This document shows, piece by piece, positions 26,543 through 39,878 of a DNA stretch of 64,000 nucleotides. The stretch's first letter is position 1, and each line of letters starts with the position of its first letter. Source of the DNA: Acanthaster planci. Lineage: Eukaryota. Under the pieces are notes generated by a model, which ran no database searches, was not told where the DNA came from, and saw nothing but the letters and a program-made list of their open reading frames with translations. A program made the translations under genes and the position numbers. Where the stretch lies: positions 372,670-436,669 of the forward strand of contig NW_019091362.1 of NCBI RefSeq assembly GCF_001949145.1. Reading direction: 5' to 3'.

Positions 26543-29500
26543 TTACGAGGATGTTGTGGTGGTCTGTGGAGCTGTGCTGATGCCAGCCGGAATGTTGGGC
26601 AGGGGAGTGGGTCCAGGTATCGTGATGCCTCCAGGGAGTGAGACGGGGGGTGGCAGGGTGGTGGCTGCTGCTCCGCTAGCCCCTGGGGTGTCACCTGCCC
26701 CAGACGTGTTGACGGGCGCTACGGCCGGCATAGGCGGCAGGGAAATGTTGAGGTTGCTCAGTCCAGGGATGTTAGCTAGGCTGACTGGGGGTAACACATC
26801 TGTGGAAACTGGAAAAAAAATGGAGATACAGGTCATTTCAAGAAATACTGTAAAACCTCCCCAGAACTTGTGTTGTTCCAGTGTTGTAGTCGAGACCATC
26901 ACAAGACCAGACACNNNNNNNNNNNNNNNNNNNNNNNNNNNNNNNNNNNNNNNNNNNNNNNNNNNNNNNNNNNNNNNNNNNNNNNNNNNNNNNNNNNNNN
27001 NNNNNNNNNNNNNNNNNNNNNNNNNNNNNNNNNNNNNNNNNNNNNNNNNNNNNNNNNNNNNNNNNNNNNNNNNNNNNNNNNNNNNNNNNNNNNNNNNNNN
27101 NNNNNNNNNNNNNNNNNNNNNNNNNNNNNNNNNNNNNNNNNNNNNNNNNNNNNNNNNNNNNNNNNNNNNNNNNNNNNNNNNNNNNNNNNCATGCACAAGA
27201 CCAGTCACAAGTAACAGGGTGAACAATGACAAAGGAATACTTTTGTTGCAGCTTTGAACATTTGAACAGCTTGTGACTTCAATTCACACTGGAGGTCTTG
27301 TGTTGGTCTTGCGTTGGTCTTGTGTGGCCTTGTGAAGGTCTTAAGTGGTCTTGACTACAACACGGGTTTTTCCCCAACTTTCTAAAACACCATGCTACCT
27401 TCTTATCTCTCTCCAAAACTCACTTTGAGCCTTCTGACTATTTTTTTTCAGAAGGCACAGTCTAATACCAGACAGCCATAAAATAGTGAAGTAATAACAA
27501 CTACAGTAAAGATGTTGAACTTGCAGATGAAGGTCAATTAAAACTCACTCTGGAAGCTATGCAAGGGGACATTTGATGTCATGAAGCAAAGGGGTTCAAC
27601 TTTTGCCAATTCCCTGGGCAAATATCTGAACTGAACAATGACTACTCCCCACCTGGTGTAGTTGTCTCTGTTGAAGGCACAGTGGGTTGGGCCCCAGCAT
27701 CAGCAGGATTGGGGATTTCAACAGGGGGGTCTGGAGAGAATCGCACTCCAGCAACGCCTTTCTCTATTTTACTCATGCCTTTATCTGGTGTTGATGCAAG
27801 AGAAACCTGAAGAAACAAAACAAGGAAACAAAATCCACGTTAACCACTTCCTGCCAGGGATTCCAGATCTGGACATGTATGCTTTATATGCGTGGCCGGG
27901 GTCTCCAAACTCGGAAAGAGGGAACAGGGCCTTGTAACAAAAGACCATACTCGGAACAAACGGCCAGGCTGCTGGGAATTACCGACATTTCTTCACTCTC
28001 AAAAGTGGAGATAATCCAGTCTTGTTTTGAAACAGTATACTGTCTGGTTTGGGGCATTGAGAACGAACAGATTACCACCGGGGACAAAAGCGCTCCACCA
28101 CCACAGCGATGAGCCACACAGCACCGCTGCACGCTAATCTGGCCCCTATTGAAAAGAGGTTAGCAGTGCACTGAGCCAGGTTCGTGAACAAAAGAATGTT
28201 ATATAACACCGCACAATCTGGCTCTTTTTACAAGGCTGCTGGCCTGGCTGAGATACTCAGGCGTCAATGATTGTGTCTGTCAGGCTAGAGTGGACACCAG
28301 ACAGTCCTTAACGTGTTTGTAAGTTTCCAGTACATGAAGATAGGAATTTTTTTAGAATTTTGAAAACAGAAAAAAATGATAAATATCCCGGCCCAGCATC
28401 ATCAACATTGATAACTGCCCCAACAGGAAGCGGTTAACACAATCCGAAGTAGTTTTACCACTGCTTAATAATAATGAAGATGTTTCTGCACTCATATCCT
28501 CCAACACCGGTGGTTAAGGTGCTAAACGTACACATAACGATTTAGTTCTCAACAGGCCCAGAATTATTCCTCTAACCATCTCAGCTCTCTGGAGTGTACA
28601 AAGGTACACAGGCACTATCTGGCTAATTTACAATAACCGTCTCTGCCCTCAAAGGTGGATTTATACTCCTGGGTTAAGAGAGGCAAACGGGGGAGGGGGG
28701 TTATTGGATTTCCCTAAAGTCATGGCAAATTCCTGCCACTGGATTAGAACCCCTAACCCTTAGATGAGGAATCAAGTGTACAAACCCTGACTACACATCC
28801 TTTTTTGTATCTTAGAACTCAGCAAAGTACAAACTGCAAGTTCATATAAATTGTAAACACATGAACCAATTGAGCATTTTTAACAATAGGCCATCCACTA
28901 TCTATCAAGCACACTCCAAGGTTTGACAGATTTGTGATTTGTTTCAAGAGCGTACTGCCCAGGCCCAGTCTTGACTCCCAGGTTTGTCCACATCACCAGG
29001 TTACTTCAGTGCTAGATTTTGGCAGATTAACCCTGTCTTGGTAGGATTGCTAGAAACTGTCCATATTCCTTCACTGTGTTGAAAACCAAAGGTGAATTCT
29101 TTCTTCTTTAACATCAAAGGGGCAGCAAGCCCCACAAAAAGTAATGATGGATGGTCTCTCCCTTCTTCAATCGTACAAAACTCAGGTGGATTTTGAAGGA
29201 TTTGGGATGGTTGTGTTTGAAGGTCGATTTGCACTTCTTGCCATTGTAAACTAGTAGTAAATTTTAAATTCTGAACAACTGCTAAGCAATTCGCCAAAGC
29301 TGAAGTGTGAGCTGCTTCTGAAAATGTACAGCTTAAATGCTTGATGTGCCCTACCAGGTTCATAATCATTCTTGCAGTAAGTACAAACCAGGATTTAGAA
29401 TATTTCTTAATGAACAATTGAACTGGCTGAGTCAAAAGTTAGAGTTTAAAATGAAGAAATTTTAAAATAGTTGTACAATTTCCACAAAATGAAGCACTCA

Positions 29501-32500
29501 CTTCAGCAAATCCATCTCCAGGTGTTACTTTGACGTTATCTACATTTTCCAGAGGAACCAGTGGTGCATTGAGATGGGCAGAGAAGGTCATCTTCCGTCC
29601 TTCAGGGAAGTAGCGTGTGGGTATCCGATGGAGGTAGCCGTACCCAATACCACAGCCTAGACTAGTGGTGGGAAGGAAGGAACATCAGTCAAATGATTTC
29701 TTGTGGGACCTGTCAATGTCATCCATTAAGGTCTCCCCTGTTGGGAGGTGGCTCACTGAACCTCATTGAGACTTTTACCCATCTGTAACTTTGTTTTAAT
29801 GAAGCGTATCAACCAACATGTTGATAAAAATCTCTAGCTTTTTTTTCAAGCAACAGTATATCAAATTCAAGTTGACACACACTTATAAATGTCAACATAT
29901 TCATCCAACAACTCTTTTCTAGTGCGGCTAAGGTAACGCTAAGACTGTGGTTACTGATACAAAATTCAATTCAAACATGATGATGAAGTACCCCTTTGGA
30001 GGTAAAAAAAAAAAAAATTCCACTATTTTCACTTGTCAACAAAATGACTTTAAAAAATCAAGAACAAACATGACAGCTAGAAAGAATTTAGGGTTTGAAC
30101 TGGAAATACTGTTAGAAACAATGAAATAATTTATCTGTAGGTTTCACATCTGTATAGAGACTCTATAGAGACAACTGGGGCAGTTTGGAAGTGACTGTTC
30201 CTACTTACATGCCTTCACCACCCCAGGTACGGTTGGGAGTGATTGTGATTTCCCTACATCCATCCGTCTCCACATTGTACACATACAGCTTCAGGGGTCG
30301 ATTCTCATGTGACTCAATAAGTGAAAACAGATCTTCTGACTGAAACACAAGAACACGGAAATTGTGCTCTATTTACAAACCCAGTTTACCGTAACATGTG
30401 CTTAAAGGTTTAATTTTTTGTTCCAAATTCTTATTTTAACTAAAGATGTCATACTAAAAGGCATGATTTCAGCCACTTTTTAATGTCACTTGATAAACAC
30501 TACCAATGATAATGCTTAAGAGTTCTTCAGATAACTTTTTGAAGCCATACAATGAAACCTCACCCAACACTGTGATATGAGTAAAGAGGTCTAAAGGTAA
30601 CTTCTGAAGTCATGTGATGAAACGTCACCACCAGTGCTACGTAGAGCTCTTCATGCAATTCAATTGCATATGATATCAAAATCTCACAAGTTGAGTTTTG
30701 TATTTCATTTGCATGGAAGGTCTCAAATCCATCAAATTATGTCCATACCTCATGTAAGATGGTGTCAGCCCCAATGATGTAGTCCGTGTTGGATCTAAAC
30801 CCAGCCAAGGCAGCTGGGGAAGTTGGCTGTACATCCTGAAGCATTATGAAGTCGAACAAAACCCACATCAAACCTGTCAAATCCTTGCATCTCTTTTGTG
30901 TCATCAACAAGGTGTTTTTGCATATTTGTGGCAGGGACATTAGCATCCTTTTAAAATATATGTAATGGTGGTTGGGATCTAGAGTCTAGGAGCCATTCAA
31001 ATACTGCAAAAACTAAGTCTGGGTGTTTGAAAGTTAAGAATAATGAGGGAAAATTTGGACCATATATATAAATTAACTTGTATTGTCTCAGTAATAGACC
31101 TATGCATTGATATACTGTAGTCATGCTTTCTTGACATGTACACTTTCCTATGGAGCACTGGAATCACTTGGCTCCCATGTCATCAGCACACAGGCCTATT
31201 ATGCTCTCATAACAACTGGGCTGTTCATTTGAAATGAAGTACACTGCGTAAAATTTCACAAAACTTTCCTATTTAGAAAAATCTATTTCTAACACTTGTT
31301 CAACATATTCTTCTAACTGAACACTACATGTACAGTGAAAATGAAATTAGATTTTAAATAAACATAGACAACTGTTGAATTACAGCACTGTCTTCTGTGT
31401 ACATGTACATTGCACAACATATGTTTTACAGCCTGTAAGGATATGACTAGAAATGGAGTGAGACTTTGGGCGTATGATGCTTGTATGTATAGCCATACAT
31501 ATCTCATTCTTTCCTATTTACATTATAACTACATCATGTAGAAATAAGCTTTGAATTTAATTGTCTGTAGCATGTGCGACCTTGGAATATATTGGTATTC
31601 TTGTGTCCAGTAACCCGAGAGATTATTCATGTAATCTACTTCATGTACTCTCAAACTTGAGTTTAATTAGCTCTGAGCATTCAATAAGACCACTGGCAGT
31701 TGAAATTAGCAGGCTGTGCTTGTGCTATCAAACAAAATTTTATACTAAAAAAAGATTTTAATTTTTTTAAACTAAACTTTTGTCTTTTTTTTCTTCAACC
31801 CCTGGTTAATCATTTTTCAAATGAAACCATACTCATTTCCTACATATAACCAGAGACTGAGAACGCTCTCAATATAAACCCAGTGAAACCTTTTTGCACA
31901 ATTACCCTACTAGGGAATTATTTCAGGTTAATTTCCAAACCCTGTGCATGGTAAAGCAGATTCAGGAAGCGACCAGTTGTCAAACCTCCCTACTTGTGCA
32001 CAGAGCAGGAAGGTCCCAAATACCCATCAAATTGTATCCACTTCAGAGGCCAATTTCATAGCAGATTATAATTAACAGTCAATTGTTAATAATGCCAAAT
32101 AATTTGTGAGATGTGATCAATAACCCCCCAATCAGATGGCAGGAATTTCTTCAGGCGCTGTACCATTCAAATTATGTACATGTATTTTCTTTCACTGCTG
32201 TCTACCGATGTTCTACTCTACTTTCTATATATCCCATCCTCCCACTATGAAAACCACTGTGAAATTTTCCTCCCCAAAACAAGTCAACTTACCAAAACAT
32301 GCCAGACGTTCTCATTGGCCCCCTCAAAAGAGCAGAATCTGATACTGACCCCAAGTAAACCTTGACCTCCCCACCTTCTGTTAGGGGTCAGTGAGACCTC
32401 TCGGACCGATAACGTCTTGCTGCTGTAGACAAGGACTCTAACAGGCCGCTCTTCATTCTCTTTGAGAACCCTCTTTAAGGTGTCATCGTCCTTGTCCTAA

Positions 32501-35500
32501 GTTGAAAAGAAAAGATACAAAGTGACGACTATTCTGAAATAGTGATTCCTGAATTAGGGACCTTGAGAGTCAAGTTGGCGTGCAATTTTTCATATCTCAG
32601 GCTAAAAATTAAGTCCAACCCAATTCATATTTTTTACCATTTTTGATTTGAATATGAATTATGAGGAAAACATGCCTGAGACTTTGCCTCAAATCAATTA
32701 CCACCAGTGAAAAATGCCTGTGACATCATCTTCTCCCAGGCCAAAGCATTTTATGTACCTATGTACATGTACTTCACAGAACAGTTTATGAAATGAATCT
32801 TTTACATTCAAAACAAAGAGCCTTTGCATGTGGACAGTGCTAACTTTATATGTAGGGCTGAGTCAATTTGAATGATTCACTCTTGGGATATTCGACCATC
32901 AATCTGATCGAATATCATACCGACCGGCAGATTGTTGATGAACAAACTGTTTACAAGTCAGTTGCAATAATGCACACTATTGTACATTATGATCAATATA
33001 ATAGCTTCTCACATCTAGGAGTATCTCCAGCCATGATTTAGCAAGATTTAAGAGATGAACAAGACTTCTTGCCCTGTTGTAAATTTCTATTCCTTTTAAA
33101 TAGTTTCATGAATAATTTACTTTTTGCATCATTGTAAGATTTCTGTCAATTTCATTTGAATCTGCTTGAAACACGCCTCCATATGTAATTTTTCTTATTT
33201 AAAAAACGAAAGAAATTTTCTTTTCCTTTTCATAAATTTTGCATTCAAATATTCAAATTTGAAAAATATTATTCGACTATTTGATAATTGATCAAATATT
33301 CGGTTATTCAGATATTCAGCACAGCCCTATTTATGTGTACGGTAAAAGTTAATCAATGGGACAACCACACAGAAAAAGTTCACAAACATCTATTCTCTAA
33401 CTATCAAATCACAACAGGTTCTATCAAGACAAGAGCCTGTACATATACCTACCAGTCTGGTATTTCCAATCCCGATGACGAAATCAAAGAAGGCCTCTAG
33501 GCCTGCTTTGTGGCCTGGTGAATTCTCTTGCACCTGAGAAAGAAGAAATAGAGAGCTTCTCATCAAAACCCTGAAAATACAACATCACCTTGGTTATTTC
33601 TAAGGATGGATTTGCGTCAGGGAGATGTTATTTTAATATCGGGTTTTGCACCCTGACCAAAGTGTATTGTAACACTGTATACTCAGTGTCTCCCCCGAAA
33701 ATTGTGTAAAACCACAAGCATACTTGGGTGGGACTGGAACCCATGACTTCCTGCTTACNCTGGCTGGTTCAAGTCAGAGGCAGGAGTGCGTACTGCAAAC
33801 AACTATTTCCGAGGATGGATTTGGTTCTCTTTTATAATGAAATGAATTTCGATTCTCTTTTGACAAAATCTCACATCAGAAAGAAATTTTACAAATCTAA
33901 ATGTAGATGTATTTACATGTACATTCTGGTAATAAAATCAAGGATTCCTCAGAGCTACAAGAGGTAAAGGAAAGTTCAATTACATGTACATGTACCTACA
34001 AAGTTATATCAAGCGTTGAGGAAAACCTCTGAAATTAAAAGTTTCTTATGGAATCAGAAAGTGATAGAACAAAAGCATCTCTTTTTATGATTTCATAATT
34101 TATTTATGGCATGGTGTACATAAAAGTTGCATGAAAAACATTAATTATTCAAAATGTAAAATCTCATCCATATAAAACTTAAGTAAAGTACCGCGAAGCC
34201 TATAATTTTCATTTTGAAGATAACCTTTTCAATATCTCGATGAATAATGTGATCCCTGTTCACCTGCACTGCTTGGCATGATCAGTGACCTCTGTTATCA
34301 CACATGCTAAAGTTCAGCGCAGGCCCAACAGTAAGTCAATTTAGAACTTTATAGAAGATTCAAAGTCAAATGGATAGAGCTGATACCAAACCTTGCCTAT
34401 AGAATGCTGATGATTCAGACGAAACAAATCACCTTACTTGGTTTGAAGGCAAATAACAGCCTGTGCTCAGAATACGCTACCGTAAAGTGACACAGTTACC
34501 TTTGGTCTATGAATACATCCGTCACTGCTGGTACGCTACTCTGCATACAGAAAGGTCACGAAGCTACACAGCAGTTTATGAACCTTGGTCTTTTCTTTAA
34601 TATTCTTAATTGTTATTTTTGAAGCATTCAGAAAACAGGAACCACTATGATCTATCAATCTGCTTATCTAATGCCACCTGACTTGAGAAAACATTAGTAT
34701 CTGCATTTTCATTAGAATTCATGGAACTGCACTTATTTTATTAAAAAATTTGTAAAAATCTTAAACAATTGTTATTTGTTATAATTCAGAATTCATCACA
34801 ATGTAAGAATGACAAAAGATTTTTAGAAACTTAACCCTTAAAAAAACACAGACACACATGCACACAGAGGCAATTGATGAGAAAAAACAATCAGAAAAAC
34901 AGTTTCTAGTTATCAGTCCTGCCACTTTATAAGTAAATGTCAAAAAGTGAAAATAACTGCTCTTGGTTGTGTCTTCCAGAGGTCAACATTGGAAATTTAG
35001 CAAATTTAGTTCTAGGATTCACCGAGACATGGTTCAAAGAATCCCCTCCGTCTTACNNNNNNNNNNNNNNNNNNNNNNNNNNNNNNNNNNNNNNNNNNNN
35101 NNNNNNNNNNNNNNNNNNNNNNNNNNNNNNNNNNNNNNNNNNNNNNNNNNNNNNNNNNNNNNNNNNNNNNNNNNNNNNNNNNNNNNNNNNNNNNNNNNNN
35201 NNNNNNNNNNNNNNNNNNNNNNNNNNNNNNNNNNNNNNNNNNNNNNNNNNNNNNNNNNNNNNNNNNNNNNNNNNNNNNNNNNNNNNNNNNNNNNNNNNNN
35301 NNNNNNNNNNNNNNNNNNNNNNNNNNNNNNNNNNNNNNNNNNNNNNNNNNNNNNNNNNNNNNNNNNNNNNNNNNNNNNNNNNNNNNNNNNNNNNNNNNNN
35401 NNNNNNNNNNNNNNNNNNNNNNNNNNNNNNNNNNNNNNNNNNNNNNNNNNNNNNNNNNNNNNNNNNNNNNNNNNNNNNNNNNNNNNNNNNNNNNNNNNNN

Positions 35501-36581
35501 NNNNNNNNNNNNNNNNNNNNNNNNNNNNNNNNNNNNNNNNNNNNNNNNNNNNNNNNNNNNNNNNNNNNNNNNNNNNNNNNNNNNNNNNNNNNNNNNNNNN
35601 NNNNNNNNNNNNNNNNNNNNNNNNNNNNNNNNNNNNNNNNNNNNNNNNNNNNNNNNNNNNNNNNNNNNNNNNNNNNNNNNNNNNNNNNNNNNNNNNNNNN
35701 NNNNNNNNNNNNNNNNNNNNNNNNNNNNNNNNNNNNNNNNNNNNNNNNNNNNNNTTTGTTTTTTCGTATCTTCTCTTCCTACTACAACAAACACTTTCCT
35801 CTTACTGTCAAATTCACTGGCTCTCCCAATAACAGTCAACCGTGGATCAATCAGTCTATTATTGACTCTTGTAATTTAAAAAATAGACTGTACAGGCATT
35901 TTCTGCGTAGCCCTACTGAGGAAAATGAGCGTGAGTACAAGAATTTCCAAAATCGCCTTACGGCCACTGAACTCACTGATGTGCCTCTCTACAGCCTCAA
36001 GAAATGGCTAAAGATCGTGATCACAAGCAAGTCTTTTATTTCCTATGTGTTGATCACAAAATGATTAAAACCAGTGTCGGTGTAAGAAATGAACATTATC
36101 ATGACTTTTCAATTTAGCCTAATTTGGGAGTGATGATGCACAAAATGAGTGAAACAAGTTGACAACTTGACAAAATAATGTAGGCTTATGTTCAGCATAT
36201 GTTAGTATGTCATCATGTACGTAGGCCTAGTAGTGACTAGTAGTACATGTACATCACATGATGTACTGATATGTATGCTAAGTCGTAAGTGCAAGTGCCC
36301 TGCCTAAAATTTTGAACTGCTTAAGTTATTAACAACAAACTGTTAGCCCAGGAAGAGTGGAAATCTGCCACTATTTTGTACGATCATAGCGCACCTGTGG
36401 TTAGTGGCGCTGACAAGAGTTGTCCTGCGTTCTCTCCCCTGCAACATTCGAAAGACGCTCCACCCACATGTACAGGGTCTACATCATGTAGCTCAGGCCT
36501 AGGTCTACGTGTACTTACCCGCAAAACATGGTAACCTTCCGTACCGCCACCTGGCACTTCGACGCTTGCTTTACCGCCCAT
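26543..36581 (-). CDS. GORASP2: Golgi reassembly-stacking protein (GRASP55/65 family), 8 coding exons
   Basis: Exons 36581-36519, 33533-33453, 32496-32293, 30835-30749, 30339-30209, 29661-29502, 27806-27653, 26808-26543. Protein: [39 protein letters not shown]..., [41 protein letters not shown], then a Pro/Ser/Thr-rich tail. Gly2 fits the known GRASP myristoylation site. Probably the single invertebrate co-orthologue of GORASP1/2. Confidence 0.95.
26879..27365. mobile_element. hAT-like MITE (spans an N-gap) in GORASP last intron
   Basis: CAGTGTTGTAGTCGAGACCA ... TGGTCTTGACTACAACAC inverted termini with CAAGACC/GGTCTTG subterminal repeats; no clear TSD. Confidence 0.65.
27844..28433 (+). mobile_element. 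TTAA-targeting (piggyBac-like) MITE, ~590 bp
   Basis: TTAA|CCACTTCCTG...CAGGAAGCGG|TTAA; internal sequence shared with 17996-18507 (inverted) and 22059-22612. Confidence 0.85.
32853..33329. mobile_element. hAT-type MITE in GORASP intron 2
   Basis: TAGGGCTG...CAGCCCTA termini, 8-bp target duplication TTTATATG/TTTATGTG, and subterminal ATTCG/ATATTC repeats. Confidence 0.75.
33630..33758 (-). mobile_element. Second, 5'-truncated copy of the same SINE in GORASP intron 1
   Basis: GTAAGCAGGAAGTCATGGGTTCCAGTCCCACCCAAGTATGCTTGTGG... aligns by eye with 16460-16600. Confidence 0.65.
35005..35962 (+). mobile_element. LINE ORF2 fragment (endonuclease to linker), spanning an N-gap
   Basis: VLGFTETW (endonuclease motif) lies before the gap; YNKHFPL...[42 protein letters not shown] lies after it, typical of the CR1/L2-group EN-RT linker. 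Confidence 0.75.
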
Positions 36582-39500
36582 TCTCAGATAATTCACGACA
36601 TAAAACACAAGAGTATATAACAAATACACCCAGAAGGTGAAGAACGGGCTAGAATCAGCAAAGGTGGTCTTGATAGGATAAAATACAACTCTTGATTTTG
36701 GTTTTTGAGCCAATAACACTGCTTGCCAAATGTGTACCGTATGCGTACGAAGTTCGCTCGGTGGTTCCCACCTGCATCTCCTTTGACAAATCGTTGTCAT
36801 CCACGGGCACCAACCATTTTTCGGTCAAAATGGCTTCCTACGTGGCACTTGGGCCTTTATGCGGAATTGATTGGTTTAAAGGTGGACTCCGACGTTTTGT
36901 ATCAATTTTAATTTTCAGTGGTGGGCGCCGCCTTTGCGCTGGGCGCCACCGCCTTTATTACAAATACAATGTTCTAAATTTTTAAAGTTCAATCTTTTGG
37001 AAGGCGCATTCCTTTTTACACCCTGAAATGCCCATAGTGCGTGATTGTTGAAAATAATGTTGCCTTTTTAATTAAAATACACGTACATGTAAGTTCAAAA
37101 TTAACTTACATGGCCCAATTTAAGGTTGCTAATGAAATGTCTTCTATTGAGCAAAACTTTTCCTTGCGGGATGGTCTTATAAAATAAAATGGTGGCAATT
37201 TATAGAAAGCGATTTTCCTCCTTTCCAGTGAGCGCAGACCCTCAAGGTTATGGCCTATGTTTCGCTGGGCCGACCGCCGAACATATAGGCCTACAGCTAG
37301 GTTCAAAAAGGTAAGGCCATCTAACGGTGGGTACTGGATGAGGCATTTTCCTTCACCATTAGAAAGGTACAGAGTTGAAGAAAGTGAAAACTTGTTAGTA
37401 ATAGTATTTTGAAGGCAGACGACCTCAACCCAAAATTAGAGTACAGAGAAGTGTTCTTCTTCTACACGGGAGTTTTAAAATAATGCCTGCTGCGGGGTTG
37501 AATCATGGAGGAACTCCTTCCTCCATGGTTGAATAGAGGGCGCCCAGGCTGGCTTTCATGCTATGCCCGGCATGTCAACGGTGTCACCCACTTCAGCCCA
37601 ATTACCGAATACGATTTGCACTTTTCATGGTTCACAATAAAGTTTCAGACGGGATTACGGGGAATTCGGTCATGCAATACAAAATCAAATCTTTTCAAAT
37701 TCGCTGTGTAAACACCACACAAGCACCGTGCGTTTTGTACAATTTGTATGTACGTGTACACACAACCGGCTCTTTTCTTTTCATGGTGGGGTAGCAAATT
37801 GAATGCGAGCCGGGCATGCTGTGTATTGAGCGATAAAAACCTGGCTTCTCTGGAATGTGACCTTTACTGAGCCTGGAGATCGCTAGTGCACTCGGTCCAA
37901 TCGCTCCCGGGCCACACAGGGAGGCGCTGAATTTGAAAGTCAACGGGTTGTTAAAAACAAACCCCAGCCGTGCAGCAGTTCACCATCTTCATAGGCACTG
38001 CATCATGCAATCCATGCACGTTCCCGCATAGCAAGTTTCCTATGGCTCGATCAGGAAGACTTAACAGGTTCGGTGGCATTGTTTAGTTTGGAATAGAAAT
38101 TGGTTGACATCAAGTAGGCACAACCATGTCATTCCTTTGCCCAAGCGTGGGTCTGCTACAGTTGAAGCTCAGGAGGTTCACAAGAACAGGTACGTAAACG
38201 GTACTATGAACACGGTGAACACATGGTTTTGAAAGATCAAAGCTTGCACAGGTACATTTATTTTCAGTTTGCACCAACCATGCTTCGATCTTGTGTACCT
38301 ACAGCGTTCGCGTTCTTATGTATTGTACACATGTACAGGTATGCCTGTAGTCCACATGTTGACATAACAAATTGAGCACGTCCTCGTTTTAAAATCATGT
38401 AACGCTGACAGATCCATCATTTACAAAAGGGGACGCAGAAAATTGAGGTGAATTGGAGCTCAGTTTTGTCAAGCATGTTTCTGTCTTAAACCGGTTTGGA
38501 ACAGAGGAATATAACAATTATAAGACAAGATATCCCTTTGAAAAATCGACCCGACTAAATAAATACTAAATACTAGATAAAGTTATTTATTCCCAAAATT
38601 AACAAGTTTGGGTTAGGTGGAGTCAATTTACTATTCTTTCATGGCGTACACACATGATTAATAGACGCTCGCTTCGATAATATTTTATACTGGTCGAGTT
38701 GGGCTCCGTTATCAACGGGGTGGGGAAGAGTTCCATATACGGACGCCAGTCATTATTCCCTACGGTGACCTATAGTATTATGCTGCAGAAAGCAAAATCT
38801 TGTCCAGAAAAGTTCAATTAAAAGGAGGGAACTAAAAACAAGTCGTCGTTTTTCAGCCTAGGGTTTGCGCATGGGATTGCAAGTGGGGCCCGTCTAGACT
38901 TTTGGGGCTTTCGCCGGCTTGGGTCACGGGTGGTTTTTCAAGAACCGAGACCTGTAAGCCTACAGATATTTCATACAAAACTACAGGGACGGTCAGTCAG
39001 AGAACACAAATCAATCTGACTTGACTAATTGAGATTTCTAAAGCCATTTATGTCCTTTATCATCAGAGGATTTTTACAGTCCCTTCTTATAGTCCCATCC
39101 ACAGATACCCCTTTTCATTTTCCACGCAGGCCTTGCCACTTCAAGGTCTAGAGGCCTTCGTTCTAACATCCGAAATCGGGGCACCTCCGTCGCCTTCGAG
39201 AGAGCAGACAGTGACGTCTCCATTGCGTCACAGGGGGGTTTCAGCGCCCTCTACGGTGAAATTAATTCAGTCCGTCCAAACGAGGAACGAGACGACACCT
39301 CAGAGCGCTGTAGAGCAAATTGCGAGGAACGATTCGGTGGGATTTATATCGGTGAAGGTAGGCCCTACATGTGTTCGTGTACATAGAATGTCAGATTAAA
39401 ACAGCACAGTCGCAAATTCTGCCAATCATTTTCTAGATCTCCAACTCAAGTTATCAAATTCCGTCCATCATTATGCATACTTTTAAAAAAACAGTTATAC

Positions 39501-39878
39501 GGCAATATCTATTTTGCGCAAGTCAGCTTTTAATTTTTCAACGGTTTTATTTCGACAACCACAGCTTAAACAGAAGAAACGACTTCCACATTATATGTGT
39601 AATTATTTATTACATGTAATCATTTATGTAAACCTACGGAGATTCGAATAATCTGTTCCTTTAAATCTATGTTATCCATTTAAACGAACGGTTCTATTTT
39701 GTCAATGTCAATTTTAAAGATGGAATGTAATATTTAACATTGTCATTTTTGCCCAGATTCTGGTAAACCTCAGAAAACAGGAAGCAACACCTCAAGTTGC
39801 CAACACGCTCCAGACGTAGAATATTTTGCTCAAAATCCCGCCACTGTCCAGTCCTTTACTTTTTTTGAGGAGACATTT

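Noticed and set aside
26505..27257. Long ORFs containing X runs (also 34937-36064 and 51862-52612)
   Set aside because: Inflated by N-gaps; the real content is the GORASP last exon (minus strand), a LINE fragment or non-coding repeat.
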